DNA of 64,000 nt, from positions 682,001 through 746,000 of the forward strand of contig JBBPEB010000013.1 in the NCBI GenBank assembly GCA_039096225.1, given 5' to 3'. Below the pieces are notes generated by a model. That model was not told the DNA's origin and searched no databases. It saw only the letters and a program-made list of their open reading frames with translations. This DNA comes from Blastocystis sp. Blastoise. Its lineage: Eukaryota; Protista; Bigyra: Opalinata. Of this stretch, positions 1 to 12,161 are shown one piece after another; position 1 is the stretch's first letter, and each line of letters opens with the position of its first letter. The position numbers and the translations under genes were made by a program.

Positions 1-236
1 TATTATACATTATTTGCTTTTAATATTTATTTTTTATAGTTTCTAATATTTTTTTTTATTAATTTTATGATTTCTTAATTAAAAATCATTTTATAAACTT
101 TTTTTTTATTATGATTGATGTCAATATGTTATTATATATATATATATTATAAATATATTCTATATATATTATGTTTTTTCTCTATTAATTACTTACAAAT
201 AAAATGAATATTCTTATGATGATTATTTCTTTATAG

Positions 237-843
237 TTCAAGCTTTGCCGTGTTATGAAGAAGCAAACTGCTCAAAACAAAGTTCCTTTCATTGTTACTC
301 ACGATGGTCGTACTATTCGTTATCCTGATCCCGCCATCAACGTTAACGATACCATCAAGCTTAACCTTGAAACTGGTAAGATTGAACAAGTCGTCAAATT
401 CGAAAACGGTAATCTCGTTATGATCACCAAGGGACGTAACACTGGTCGTATTGGTACCATCGTTCGTCGTGATCGGTATATATTTATATAATTTTGTTTG
501 TTTCTTATTATATACATTTTATATATTTAATATATATTTAATATTGAATAATTTATATATAATCAATCTCTTTTTATTTTTTAATACTTCTTATATGTCA
601 TAAATTTATTAGAATTAATAACAATAATATTCTTTATATATATATAATTAATATTTATATCGTCACTTTGGTTCTTTCGATATTGTCTTAATCAGAGATG
701 CTGCTGGTCACGAATTCGCTACTCGTCTCGGTAACGTTTTTGTTATTGGTGAAGGTGAAAAGGCTCTTGTTTCTCTTCCTTACGGTAAGGGTATCAAGTT
801 ATCTATTCTTGAAGAAAAGGCTGCTCGTACTCACAAGAATTAA
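237..843 (+). CDS. RPS4: 40S ribosomal protein S4 (eS4), last two exons (237-475, 663-843); 5' part lies outside the window
   Basis: Translation [36 protein letters not shown]|[37 protein letters not shown] matches the eS4 C-terminal half; stop TAA 841-843. Intron 476-662 has a GT donor but ends in CG (see findings). Confidence 0.96.
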
Positions 844-1085
844 ATTTTGTAAACAAAGTTGGATAAGAATTTGCAAAGAAAAAAATATTGTTTTGTTCAT
901 TTTATAAAAGTTTATTCTTATAATAATTAAAGTATATATATATATAACTAGAAAAGAAAATTGTTTAGAATGTTGTGTTTTAGGTGTAGTAAAACATATA
1001 ATAGAAAAAATTAAAAATTTTTGAAATAAACAAAAAAACATCAATAAAATCTTCTTCTCCAAAAATGGAATAAATGTAGGATAAC

Positions 1086-1902
1086 TTAAGAATGGGGTTT
1101 TTCCTTCTTACCACGGAAAAGAGCAAGAAGAGAAGTCTTAGAGACACAGACAACCTTGAAACGAACTCCGGGAATATCACCGACGGCGTGACCAGAACGA
1201 CCGAAACCGGCAATAAGGACTTCATCGTTTAGTATAGATGAATTAATGATTGTTGAATATAAGTAATTAATTATATAATACGTTGTCATCAATATATATA
1301 TGTAAATAATATTTATGTATAGAAAAAGGATCACAATACGAATCAATAAAATAGGTAATATTAATAGTATATAGAAATAAAATAGTGGCTAAAATGAATG
1401 CATACGTTTTCATCGACAAAGTTTAAGCAACCATCACGAGGAACGAAAGCAGTGATCTTCTTTCCGTTCTTAATAAGTTGACAACGAATACACTTACGAA
1501 TAGCGGAGTTAGGTTGTTTGGATTCGACACCAATACATGAATAATAAAATAAATAAATATTGAATAAAATAAAAATAAATTATATATTAAAAGGATAAAA
1601 ATAAGTAAATAATGAAAAAAATAAAATAAATAGTAGATACATACATCTTTTCGGTGACAATACCCTTAGCCATAGTAGCACCACCTAAAACGTTAGCCTT
1701 AATGGAGGCAGCAGAGTGGGTTTTGTTGTAATGCTTATCAGCCCATCTTTCAGTTCTACGGTGAATATGTAATTTACGAGCAGCTCTAATACCGCTTGGT
1801 TTTCCATATAAATTAGATGGTTATTTTCATGTCTAGTCGTTGATGTTCGTATAGTCAGATGAATGACTAACAATAAATATAGAATACATACCCCTTACCC
1901 AT
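1086..1902 (-). CDS. RPS23: 40S ribosomal protein S23 (uS12); exons 1902-1892, 1803-1645, 1532-1406, 1226-1086; 145 aa
   Basis: Spliced translation [78 protein letters not shown]; exon sum 438 nt, in frame. Confidence 0.97.
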
Positions 1903-2000
1903 GTTTGAATGTAGTGAAGAAGATTATTAATATTAGCAGAAAAAGCTCCTTTTGGAAATTTACCAAAGAAAAAGTGTCTTATTGGACTGCTTCTTTTCAT

Positions 2001-2069
2001 TTACCCCCTGGAAAATTGTTTAAATAATACTCAAGTATAGTCACTCTTTTGCTTTTTTCTAGGGGGTAA
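2001..2069. promoter_or_regulatory. 15-bp GC-containing inverted repeat upstream of RPS23 (candidate promoter element)
   Basis: TTACCCCCTGGAAAA (2001-2015) and TTTTCTAGGGGGTAA (2055-2069) are reverse complements with 1 mismatch, ~100 bp upstream of the RPS23 ATG. Confidence 0.45.
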
Positions 2070-2994
2070 TTGTCATTTCGTCTTTTGTTTTTTTCTTTCA
2101 AAATATCTGTTTGTTTCTTGTGTGGACGAACTATATCATAGAATCACGGGTCTTTACGTCTCGACTAGCCTATTTCTTTATTGGTTTTTCTTTTTTATTA
2201 TTTTGTGTAAATATGATCTATTTATAAGTTTTTACTAAGAATAATATTAAATTCAAAGAGTCATATGTATATATAATTATGGAATTGATTTACTTTTTTC
2301 AAATAAATACTTCAATGGACAAGTTTGTGCTTTTCTTATGATTTGAAAGGATAAATAAATGAGAAATATTAGGTTGATGATGTAGATTGCTGTACTATAT
2401 TATGGTATGAAATAAGTTTTGATGAATGTTCATATTGAATAATTGATTTTATTAGATAAAGTAAAAGATGTTCATAAGATATATATATAGGTGATAGACT
2501 CCAAAAATAACCAGTATGAAATTAGTTATTGTCGTATTTTTTCAGGGAGTTGTAGAAGAAGATTACTATAAGTTGTTTTATTTAAATATTTGAAGAATAT
2601 AGATGAGATTTTTCTCATCTTATATAATTAATATATTTATGATGAGAAAAATAATGTAGATATTCATGAATCATGTTTATAATAGGATGTATATATAACA
2701 AGGTTAGTATGAAAAAGATATTGGGAATGATGAAAGGTTGTTTATAATAATTAGAACAAAACAAGAATATATGAATTTGATAAAGAACTTCACTACAATA
2801 ACATATCACATAGAATTAAAGAAACATATAAATAAATTTATTTACTAGCGAATAGTAAAGAAAGAAAGAAATACTTAATCTATAATGTAGAACAAACAAT
2901 ATTAAATAAATCTTTAAAGTATATAATAGAATAGATATGCAAAAAAGAATGAGATATTGAAAAACAAGATAAACGATTTATAGTAAGAAATTAT

Positions 2995-3055
2995 TTACTC
3001 TTCATAATGAGCAAACCTATAGAAAAATATTCATATATATGTTGTAATTTATTGA

Positions 3056-3104
<49 letters not shown>

Positions 3105-4467
3105 TAATTAAATGAATAAAACATACATTTTTTGTTTAGAATCATCATCAATAAGATTTCTCAAGTTCTTTCGAACTTCTTCTTCAAATAATTCGAGATC
3201 ATTTTCAGTCATATCTGTCCATTTATCCATATATTTAATCATTTGAAGACAAATCTATATGTTAAGGATATATATAAATGCATATTATAAGATATATCAT
3301 AAAGTTATCTTTAGTATATTATATATAATTAAATGAAGAATGAAATATAATAAAAATTGCATATTCTAGATATAAATATATACTTGTTTTGTGAAAACAA
3401 TTTGTTCTTTACCAATAAATGAAGGAAGAATTGAAGATAATCCAAATATATTCACGCTATATATATATATATAGAGTAGTAAAATAACCATGATAAATAT
3501 TATAATAAATATAGTTAATCTTTACAACTCGATAGAAGTAACAAATATTTGCTATATAATAATTTGTAATATAATAATATATAATATAAAAAAATAATAT
3601 AATATTAATAATATAATAATAATAATATATACGAGTGGTTTCAATCCAGTTTTCTTGAAAAGGTCCAATATTCTTCTTCTCACTATGAAATGTAGACATA
3701 TCCTATATATAATAATAATAATAATAAGCATAATAAACATAATAATAAACATAATATACAAATAAATATAATAATAAACATAATAACATACACAAATTGA
3801 ATGAAGTTTCTTTTCATTAAATAAATTAATATCCATAACTTGTCTTTGTTTTAATTCTTTCTCAGATAAACTAAATACATTATCATTTCTTTCTTCTGGT
3901 CTTAAAAATTTAGTTTCTAAATTAAGATTAAAAGAACTATGAGGTACTATAGATATTCCATTGACACTTTGAGAATGATGTTCACCCGTATATGTTTCTT
4001 CATCAAGAATTAATTTAGCTATATATATATATATATATAATATTATAAATACTATATATATTTAAAACAATACATATATATACAATAATATAAATGTTAT
4101 ATATAAAATAATACAAATAATAAACTATTTCATATATATACTTCCAGCAAGAATTGTACGAAGAAATCCAGGTAATAAACCAGTAATACCAAATCTATAA
4201 ATGAAAATTTACTCTATTATCATTCAAATACTATAAAACTTACTCTTTATATTCGTACCATCCTTTGGTTTCCTTCACCTCATAACCCTTTCTTGGTGAT
4301 TTAGCATCATTTTGTCCTGAATAGTCGAATTTCTCATGAATCTTCCAATCGCAACCTTCACCTCCTCCTGTAATATCTTCGTTAGCTTTACAGACCATAT
4401 ATCTGTAAGCAACATCGACTTCTTCTATCGATATAGGTAACGCTACTCTAAATTCAATAATAGTCAT
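2995..4467 (-). CDS. Phosphatidylinositol transfer protein (PITP, START-like fold) family, paralog A; multi-exon
   Basis: MTIIEFRVALPIS..ITGGGEG.., GWYEYK, LPGFLR, NLETKF, NVFSLS, GPFQENW, MDKWTDMT align with PITP-alpha motifs (KEYRVILP, ETGGGEG, GQYTHK, GPLGPNW, LDKWVDLT). Confidence 0.88.
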
Positions 4468-5574
4468 ATTCTATTTATAAGTTATTATTAATATGACCTT
4501 CCATATATTCTTTAATGAATTCTAATTTTGATTTAATCTCCCTCTTACGTCGTTATCATTTTTTATGATGTCTGACTTAGACAGTTTTCCTTCATTACAA
4601 TGTTTTTTTTCCCTCTTTTTATCGTACTGTTTTCTGATAATTCGTATTTCTTGGCGGAAGAAGAACGATGAGATTTATATCACTTTAAGAATTCGAATAG
4701 AATCATCATCAGGTCAATATATATTTTTTAAACTCTTGGTTAAACTGTATACTAAATGTACTTGTTTATAGTATTATTTGTTTTTGTCATATTAAATACA
4801 TGAATTAATTATACTGTATTCACTTCAAAGAATCATGCAGCATATAAAAATCACATTTTTCTTCAGTTGCTGTAATTATTTAAATTAAAAGAAAAAATTA
4901 AAATCTACAGGCCACAGTATATATATAGAATCATGGTGATATCAAAACATATTTTAATGGAATGATTTAAAAAGAAAAAAATAATGCTCTTCATTCTGTT
5001 GGAATTCTCTTTGAATAAATTATAAAGAAGTCTTATAATCGTCTCAGAAGGCGTTGTAGAGTTCATAACAGAAGAAAACAGTTAAAGGGTCTCAATTATT
5101 ACTACCTATTTGTAGCTATGATGCATGATAACAATTGTGAAACTTTATAATATTATGTGAAATGCTCGAATATATCTTTTACCGTATTTGAATATAGATA
5201 ATAAGTACGTTTTCTTCATTAATTGTTATTTCATAAATTTTTTTTCTTGTACTTAATGGTCAATATATTTATTATATCAATATAATAATGGAACTGCCAT
5301 AATATGGATGAATTGCTAATGATCAATTAGAATTATTTTTTTTACTTTTACTTAATTATAATTTCCATATTGCATTAGCTTTTCTTCATGTCATACGCTA
5401 TTTAGCATATTCTTTTCTTCCATTTTAAATCAAATATCTTATAGAATTGTTCGTTTCGTATTTATAAAAACTATAGAATTCTATTCGAATATCTGTTTTG
5501 ATAAAGTTTGAATGGCTTTTTATCTATATTTTAATTTAAATAAACTATTCTTTTATTTTTGAAATATACGCACA

Positions 5575-7228
5575 ATGATTGTAGAGTTTCGTATTGCACT
5601 TCCTATCGATTATAAGGATGTTGACATTGCATATCATTATATGATTTGTAAGGCTGTTGAAGAAGTTACTGGTGGTGGTGAAGGATGTGATTGGGCAGAT
5701 CATAAAAAAATAACACTCTCTGATCCTACCACTTACGAAACTCCTATTCATAAGTTCCATACAACTGTTCATGAAGCTTTTTATGAATACAAAAAGTAAA
5801 CTATATATATAATATATTAAAATATCTCTTTGATAATCATATCTTTATATTTATATATGTAGATATTCTGTGATGGCTATGTGTCCTGCTTTTGCTAAAA
5901 AGATTCTTCCTAAAGGTATTTTATATAAATATTTAATATTCATAATTCTTTTTATTTTAACTGTATCTGTTTGATTGAACACTCTATTATTTATTATACT
6001 CATATAATTATGTGATTTAATACTCATTTATTTATTATACTCAAATAATTATGTGATTTAATATTCAATTATTATATTCATATAATTATGTGATTGAACA
6101 CTCAATTTTTTATTATACTCATATAATTATGTGATTTAATTCTCTATAATTTATTATACTCATATAATTATGTGATTTATCATTTTGTTTTATTGTTTCT
6201 ATTATACAATATATATATATATATATAGAGGATTTAGTAATGGATGAAGAAACGATAATGGCTGATCATTATTCTCAATCGATTAATACATTATCATGTT
6301 TTGAAGATAATAAATTTAAAATATATTGTGAAACTAAATTCATTAATAAAAATGTATATATATATATATATAATATTAAAGAAATTTTTCATTATGAATC
6401 ATGATTATTATTTTCTATTAATAGGTCAATTATATATAAAGTAATAATAATTATATATTTATTTATCTAGGATGCTATAGATAATGTATTTGATTTAACG
6501 GAGAAAGAACTGAATGATCGAACTGTATTCACTTATGATCTTTTTAAAAATACAAAACTTCGAAAAATATGTGATATGTCTACATTTCATAGTGAGAAGA
6601 AGAATATTGGACCTTTTCAAGAAAACTGGATTGAAACCACTCGTATATATTATTATTATTATATTATTATTATAATATTATTATTATATTAAACATTTTT
6701 ATATTAAACATTTTTATATTACACATTATTATATAGCAAATATTTGTTACTTTTGCCGTGTTTTAAAAGTTGAGTATATATAAATAATTATAATTATGAA
6801 ATATTATTATTCTATGATATATTATCTTTATACATTCGTTTTATAGTGTAAATATATTTGGTATTGGTCAAATTATATGTGCATTCTTTAAGAAACAACA
6901 AGAAGTTTTTAACCAACAAGTATATATATTATTTATTTTCTTTTATTGTGGTCTATTACATATGTTTCTTCTCATATTTATATATTGAAATAATCTTATA
7001 TATTTTCATGTGCATATTCCTTTTATAAATCTATTTAAATTCTAAAATATCTTAATTCCATTTATATATATGTAGATATGTCTTCAAATGCTTCAATATA
7101 TGGATGAATGGAGTGATATGACAATGAATGACATGGAAAACTATGAAGAAAACGTAAGAAAAGAACTTAAACAACTTATTCATCAAGACAAAAAAGAAAA
7201 TATATTTATGGATTCCATCAATGTATAA
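5575..7228 (+). CDS. Phosphatidylinositol transfer protein (PITP) family, paralog B; multi-exon
   Basis: MIVEFRIALPI..VTGGGEG.., FYEYKK, CPAFAKKILPK, CETKF, DNVFDLT, GPFQENW, MDEWSDMT; stop TAA 7226-7228. Confidence 0.88.
5991..6179 (+). repeat. Intronic minisatellite, 5 copies of ~TTATTATACTCATATAATTATGTGATTTAA with ~10-nt variable spacers
   Basis: Units at approx. 5991, 6032, 6070, 6110 and 6151 inside an intron of PITP paralog B. Confidence 0.8.
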
Positions 7229-7501
7229 AAAATATCATTATATATATTTGTAATATTACCCTCTTTCTATAATTTTGTGAAGATTGATTAGCTTTTGTCA
7301 AGAATGTAGTTTTTTTTTTAAAAATAATCTAAAACAAAAAAATAATAAATTTGAAAATAAAACAATAATGAATGATATCAATAACTAGAAAATAATTGAA
7401 ACATAATTTTATGGAAAAATGAAAAGAAAAAAAAAACAGTTCGGTATAAATTTTGTGAATATTATAGTATATTATATATATAAAAATAAAAAAATACTAA
7501 T

Positions 7502-8731
7502 TTATTTTTGTTTTACAAAAACACAATCTCTACTACATCGAGGACATTTGACAATTCCCATTTGTTTTGTAATATATGCTTGATTACATGTTTCACATTT
7601 ATATATATATTCAGGTTCTTGAAGACGTAATGCTTGACCACAAGTACAATTAAAGGTGGAAATCCCCATGGGGACTTCGAGAGTACGAGTACATTTTGGA
7701 CAAGTTACACGAGCCTATATATATATATATAGTTATACTTATAGTTATCATCTTTGATTATATTCATAAAATAAAGATATAATAATAAACATAATAATAT
7801 AAAAATAAAAATATATTAATAAATATATTAATAATAAGTATACGATTTGAGTTTGTGTAGAGGGAGCAGGAGGAGGGAAGGATGGAGCTTGACTTGAACT
7901 ATTCGAAATATTTAATTGAAGTAACTATATATAATAATAATATAAAAATAATATAATAATAATATAATATATATAATAAATATATAAAAATAATAAATAT
8001 ATAATAAAAATAATAAATAAATAAATATACTCGACCACAAACACATTTAACAGTTGTTGCATTTGAAGGTACAGATAAACGTGTTTTACATATAGGACAA
8101 TCAATAATAAGCTATATATTTATGGATAATAAAAATATAAAATAATAATAATCCTTATATATAAGAAGAACATAATATTTATATATAAAACTATATATAT
8201 AATAATAAATAAAATAGATACATTTTGAGGTATTTTCTCAGTAGAAGGTTGACTAACACTAGATCCAGAAGATACATAGGATCCCGAACTACTTGGACCA
8301 GGAGATAATTGAGAAGAACGAGGAGCTGGCTTTTCATTAGGTAATTGTGGTTGTGGAGAATTAGAATAAATTTGAGAACTTGGTTTAGGTGTTTTTGCTT
8401 GTGGAGATGATGAAGATATACTTTGAGGTTTTGGAATACTAAGTGATGGAATTGATTGTTGTGTAGATTCATAAGCAAGCCTCATTTCTTTCATTTTCGA
8501 TTTAATATCTCTTAAGTAACTTTCATCGTGAGCTTGCTGATCCAATCCAACACATCGAACTTCTAAGAGAGGAGGAGGAATCGAAAGATTAAGATCTCCA
8601 TCAAAACGAATTTCAGGTCTCTGCATCTGATTAGGATCCGAAAAAACTGGTTTCCATCCATTAAAGTCATTTCGTTGAGCTCCAAGACATACATAACCAT
8701 TTTTAATCTCAAATTGCTCTGTATTCATCAT
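7502..8731 (-). CDS. Protein with Ser/Pro-rich linker and three C-terminal C4 zinc ribbons (two LSD1-type)
   Basis: Exon 8731-~8222 plus downstream exons encoding CPICKTRLSVPSNATTVKCVC, CPKCTRTLEVPMGISTFNCTC and CETC..CPRC; stop at 7502-7504. Confidence 0.75.
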
Positions 8732-8838
8732 TTTATTGTTTTAATGATAAACAAATATGTATTTATAGAGAAGTCTACAAAATATAATAAAGATTACAAA
8801 CTGAACACAGTTTTTGTGAGAAGAAATTTCCATTAGTT

Positions 8839-8847
8839 GCGGGAAAA
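8839..8847 (-). promoter_or_regulatory. E2F-consensus-like site (TTTTCCCGC) in the short divergent promoter between the zinc-finger gene and the CMS1-like gene
   Basis: GCGGGAAAA on the + strand within the 177-bp region between the ATGs at 8731 (-) and 8909 (+). Confidence 0.35.
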
Positions 8848-8908
8848 CAGGACTTTTTCTTTTTTTTGGAAGAAGTGGTTATTTATTGTACTTTTGAGAG
8901 TATACATA

Positions 8909-9976
8909 ATGAGTTCTGATTCTGGTATATTTTCTATTCATCAAAGATCTAATTACCTATAGAATTCATTGAAAAAGTTCCTTCTGACGACGAAGTTTTC
9001 TCTGAAGATTCCGATGCTTCTGGTGATGAACAAGTCGATTTCTCTGATAATGAAATAGCTGCTCAAGAAGAAGGTGAAGGTGCTTTACCTCAAATTGAAC
9101 GAGTTAAAAGAAAGGCTCCGCTTTCAGAAGAAACAAAGTTGAAAAGACAAAAGAAATTTCAAGAATTCAAATTGAAAAGAAAAATTATGTCTCAAGGACA
9201 AAATATTGTTTATGATCCTCAATGGTCAAATCTTGAAAAAGCTGCTTATTTATGGTCCTATATATTAGAGAGTGAAGGGAATACAATGACAGAAATAGAA
9301 AAGGCAGATTGTATTACAGGTATTATTTAATTATATATATGCTGTTATAATACATATATAGTTTATATAAATTTTTTATACCTTAATTATTATTATTATA
9401 TATATATATATATATAGAGGATCATTTACAGAAGCCAAATGAAGAATGTACAGATGCCAATATTCCCGCGAATATTCGTACTTCTTTTGATGGATTTGGA
9501 AAGATTATTAAAAGACATAAAGGAATGCCTGAACATAATGGAAGGTATATATATATATATATATATATTTGTTTCTCGTTAAACATTATATATATTTAAA
9601 TGTTAATTTATATATAGTCCCTTTGTTCTTATTTTATCAATGTCTGCTATTCGATGTACAGAAGTATTAAAGTATATGTAATAATATATATATATATATA
9701 TTATTCTATTCGTATATATAATTATATTTATATATATATATCGTTTTTATATGATTTATAGTCATTTATTAAACATGCATATATATATATATATATATAG
9801 AACTATATCAAAGATTGGATTATATATTCCAAAATTATTTGGTAAACATATTTCTAAAGATGAACAAGTATCATTATATTCTTTATTTTATTCTTATATG
9901 TATGTATATAAATAGGAAAAAAGTTTATCTAAAAAAGTTGCTTTAGCTGTCGGTAAGTTTTATATAAAATATATGC

Positions 9977-10056
<80 letters not shown>

Positions 10057-10425
10057 GGTACCCCAGGTCGTGTTCTTCAATTATGCGATAAGAATGTTCT
10101 GAGTATGGAAGACATTAAAGTACTTATTATTGATATGAAACCGTATATATTATAATTAATAATAAAAATAAAATAATCAACATATTATAATAATAAATAT
10201 ATAATAATCATATAATAATAAATATATAATAATCATATAATAAAAATAATCAACATATTATATAATTAATATATAAATCATATATAATAATATTATATAT
10301 ATAGTAATAATAAGACGATGAATATATTATCGTTACCCGAGACTCGTAAAGATTTTATTTCCTTTTATATGAAACATGTTCATAAGAGAGTTATTGATGA
10401 AAAAACCAAGATTATGTTTTTATAA
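8909..10425 (+). CDS. CMS1/CMSS1-like 90S pre-ribosome factor (degenerate DEAD-box-like domain); multi-exon
   Basis: Acidic N-terminus, then PFVLILSMSAIRC, KLFGKHISKDEQ, AVGTPGRVLQL, VLIID and ILSLPETRKD, which are characteristic CMS1-family motifs. Confidence 0.82.
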
Positions 10426-10626
10426 TAGAAAGAATACTTAAATAATCTGTATTTTTTTATTTGTTTTCTTGTTATTTGTGTGTTACAAAGAGCTTTGCTT
10501 TGTTCTTTTCATTTTAAATATATATAAATAATACATAATATAGTAAAACGCAACAAATTCTTTAAAAAATAACACTATTCCAAAGAAATCATATAAATAC
10601 TAAAAACAGAAAAAGAAGAAAACTAC

Positions 10627-11304
10627 TTACATTTCTATATCATTACTATGATTATTTAATAGTTCAATTTCTGATGATTTCTCAATATTCTCAGAGTTAT
10701 CTATTTTTGGTTGTGAAGGAGCAGATATAGATCTTGATATATATATCGTTTCTATATTATCAGATGTGTTTTCTTTAATATTTGTTGAATCTAACATAAT
10801 ATTCCTTTTGTTTGCTTGGTTTATTTGACTTATATAATGTTCAGACATTTCTTGTTGATTATTGTCTTTTGTATTATTGATCTAAAAGATATAAACATGA
10901 TATTTACAAATAATTTATTTATTGTTTATATTAGTATTTTTATTCAAAATGATACTATTATTTTTATTATTCCTTTATATATATACCTTATTATTATGTT
11001 TATTTGTTGGTTCAATTTTCAAATTTGGTTCTATCTTTGAAATATCTTCCATTATAGTTCTTACTTTGGATAAGAGATCTGGATCATTATTTGAAAAATT
11101 GAAATTATATATAACTAAAGGTTGCGTTTTGTTATCTTTTGTTAGTACAGACAATGTCGCATCGTTTTCTTCTTTATAGTTCGCTATATTCATATAATGT
11201 AAAGATATGCAATATATTGATTATTTGTAACACAAACATTTCATTAATAATGGATGAGGATCGATGACATCATTCATATCTGACTTTGAACAACAACATC
11301 CCAT
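10627..11304 (-). CDS. Small hydrophilic protein with an N-terminal MGCCCSK dual acylation motif; at least 3 exons (11304-~11238, 11183-~10987, 10881-10627)
   Basis: ATG GGA TGT TGT TGT TCA AAG; GT-AG introns join the exons in frame with ORFs 10975-11193 and 10627-10848. A possible extra last exon lies at 10510-10483. Confidence 0.7.
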
Positions 11305-12161
11305 TTCAATTATTATTATTATTTGATTACTTAATATATAATTAAATAGATATTCAAATTAGTTGCTCCTTATCTAAGAAAATGAATAATCGACAATCAA
11401 GTGATAGGGCTTCATCCTTATAAAAATATCCCAATTTACTCAAACTATATCCCATTTAAAATAGATTAGTATATATTATTCAACTTAAATTAATAGAGGA
11501 AGTTGTATATCATACAATATTTATATTCTTTGAATCATTCTAAAGAAAAAAAAAACATTTGCTAGAATTCTTTCATATAAAATATAAATTCATAGGAAAT
11601 AAGATAAAAAATAAGTTTTATTTGATACACAAATTATATCTTATACACAATAAACAACTTTATCTCTTCCTTAAAAAACAATTGGTAAAAAAATAAAGAT
11701 TTCATCAATTAGCACAAACACCCAAGAAAAAACAAAAGTAATCAGAGTGAAAATAGTGACTAATAACAACATATTTGTATACAAAACTTATGATCATGCT
11801 TCAATATTGTTTTTCAAACAAATGATCATATAGAGAAACCATTGACATATTTGAATATATTCTAAAATATCTCCAAATCGTGATAATACTATGTTAAACA
11901 ATACTCCAAAACCACATTTGAATTCCCATGATTCTTTTTCTGATAAGTACTGGAGTTTTTTTTAATAAAATTCCTGGTTTTTATTATTTTTACGGTCAAA
12001 ATTAATAAACAGTGTAAGCTAGTTTTCATTTCAGTTTTATTTTATTGCTACATTGCAATTATTAGTTTAACTATATTTATTTAGTTGTGCACTTGAGTTT
12101 CAACAATACTCTATTCATTGGCAAAGTGCTTAATAATCTTTTCTTCGTGTGTTAGATAAAA

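Noticed and set aside
2200-2990. Small ORF 2615-2809, and similar intergenic ORFs at 4565-4771, 48418-48603 and 49029-49271
   Set aside because: No recognisable motifs, intergenic or UTR-like composition and no consistent splice structure.
5991-6179. Repeat-spacer-like array resembling a CRISPR
   Set aside because: It is a eukaryotic intron; spacers are only ~10 nt and similar to each other, and there are no cas genes. It is a minisatellite.
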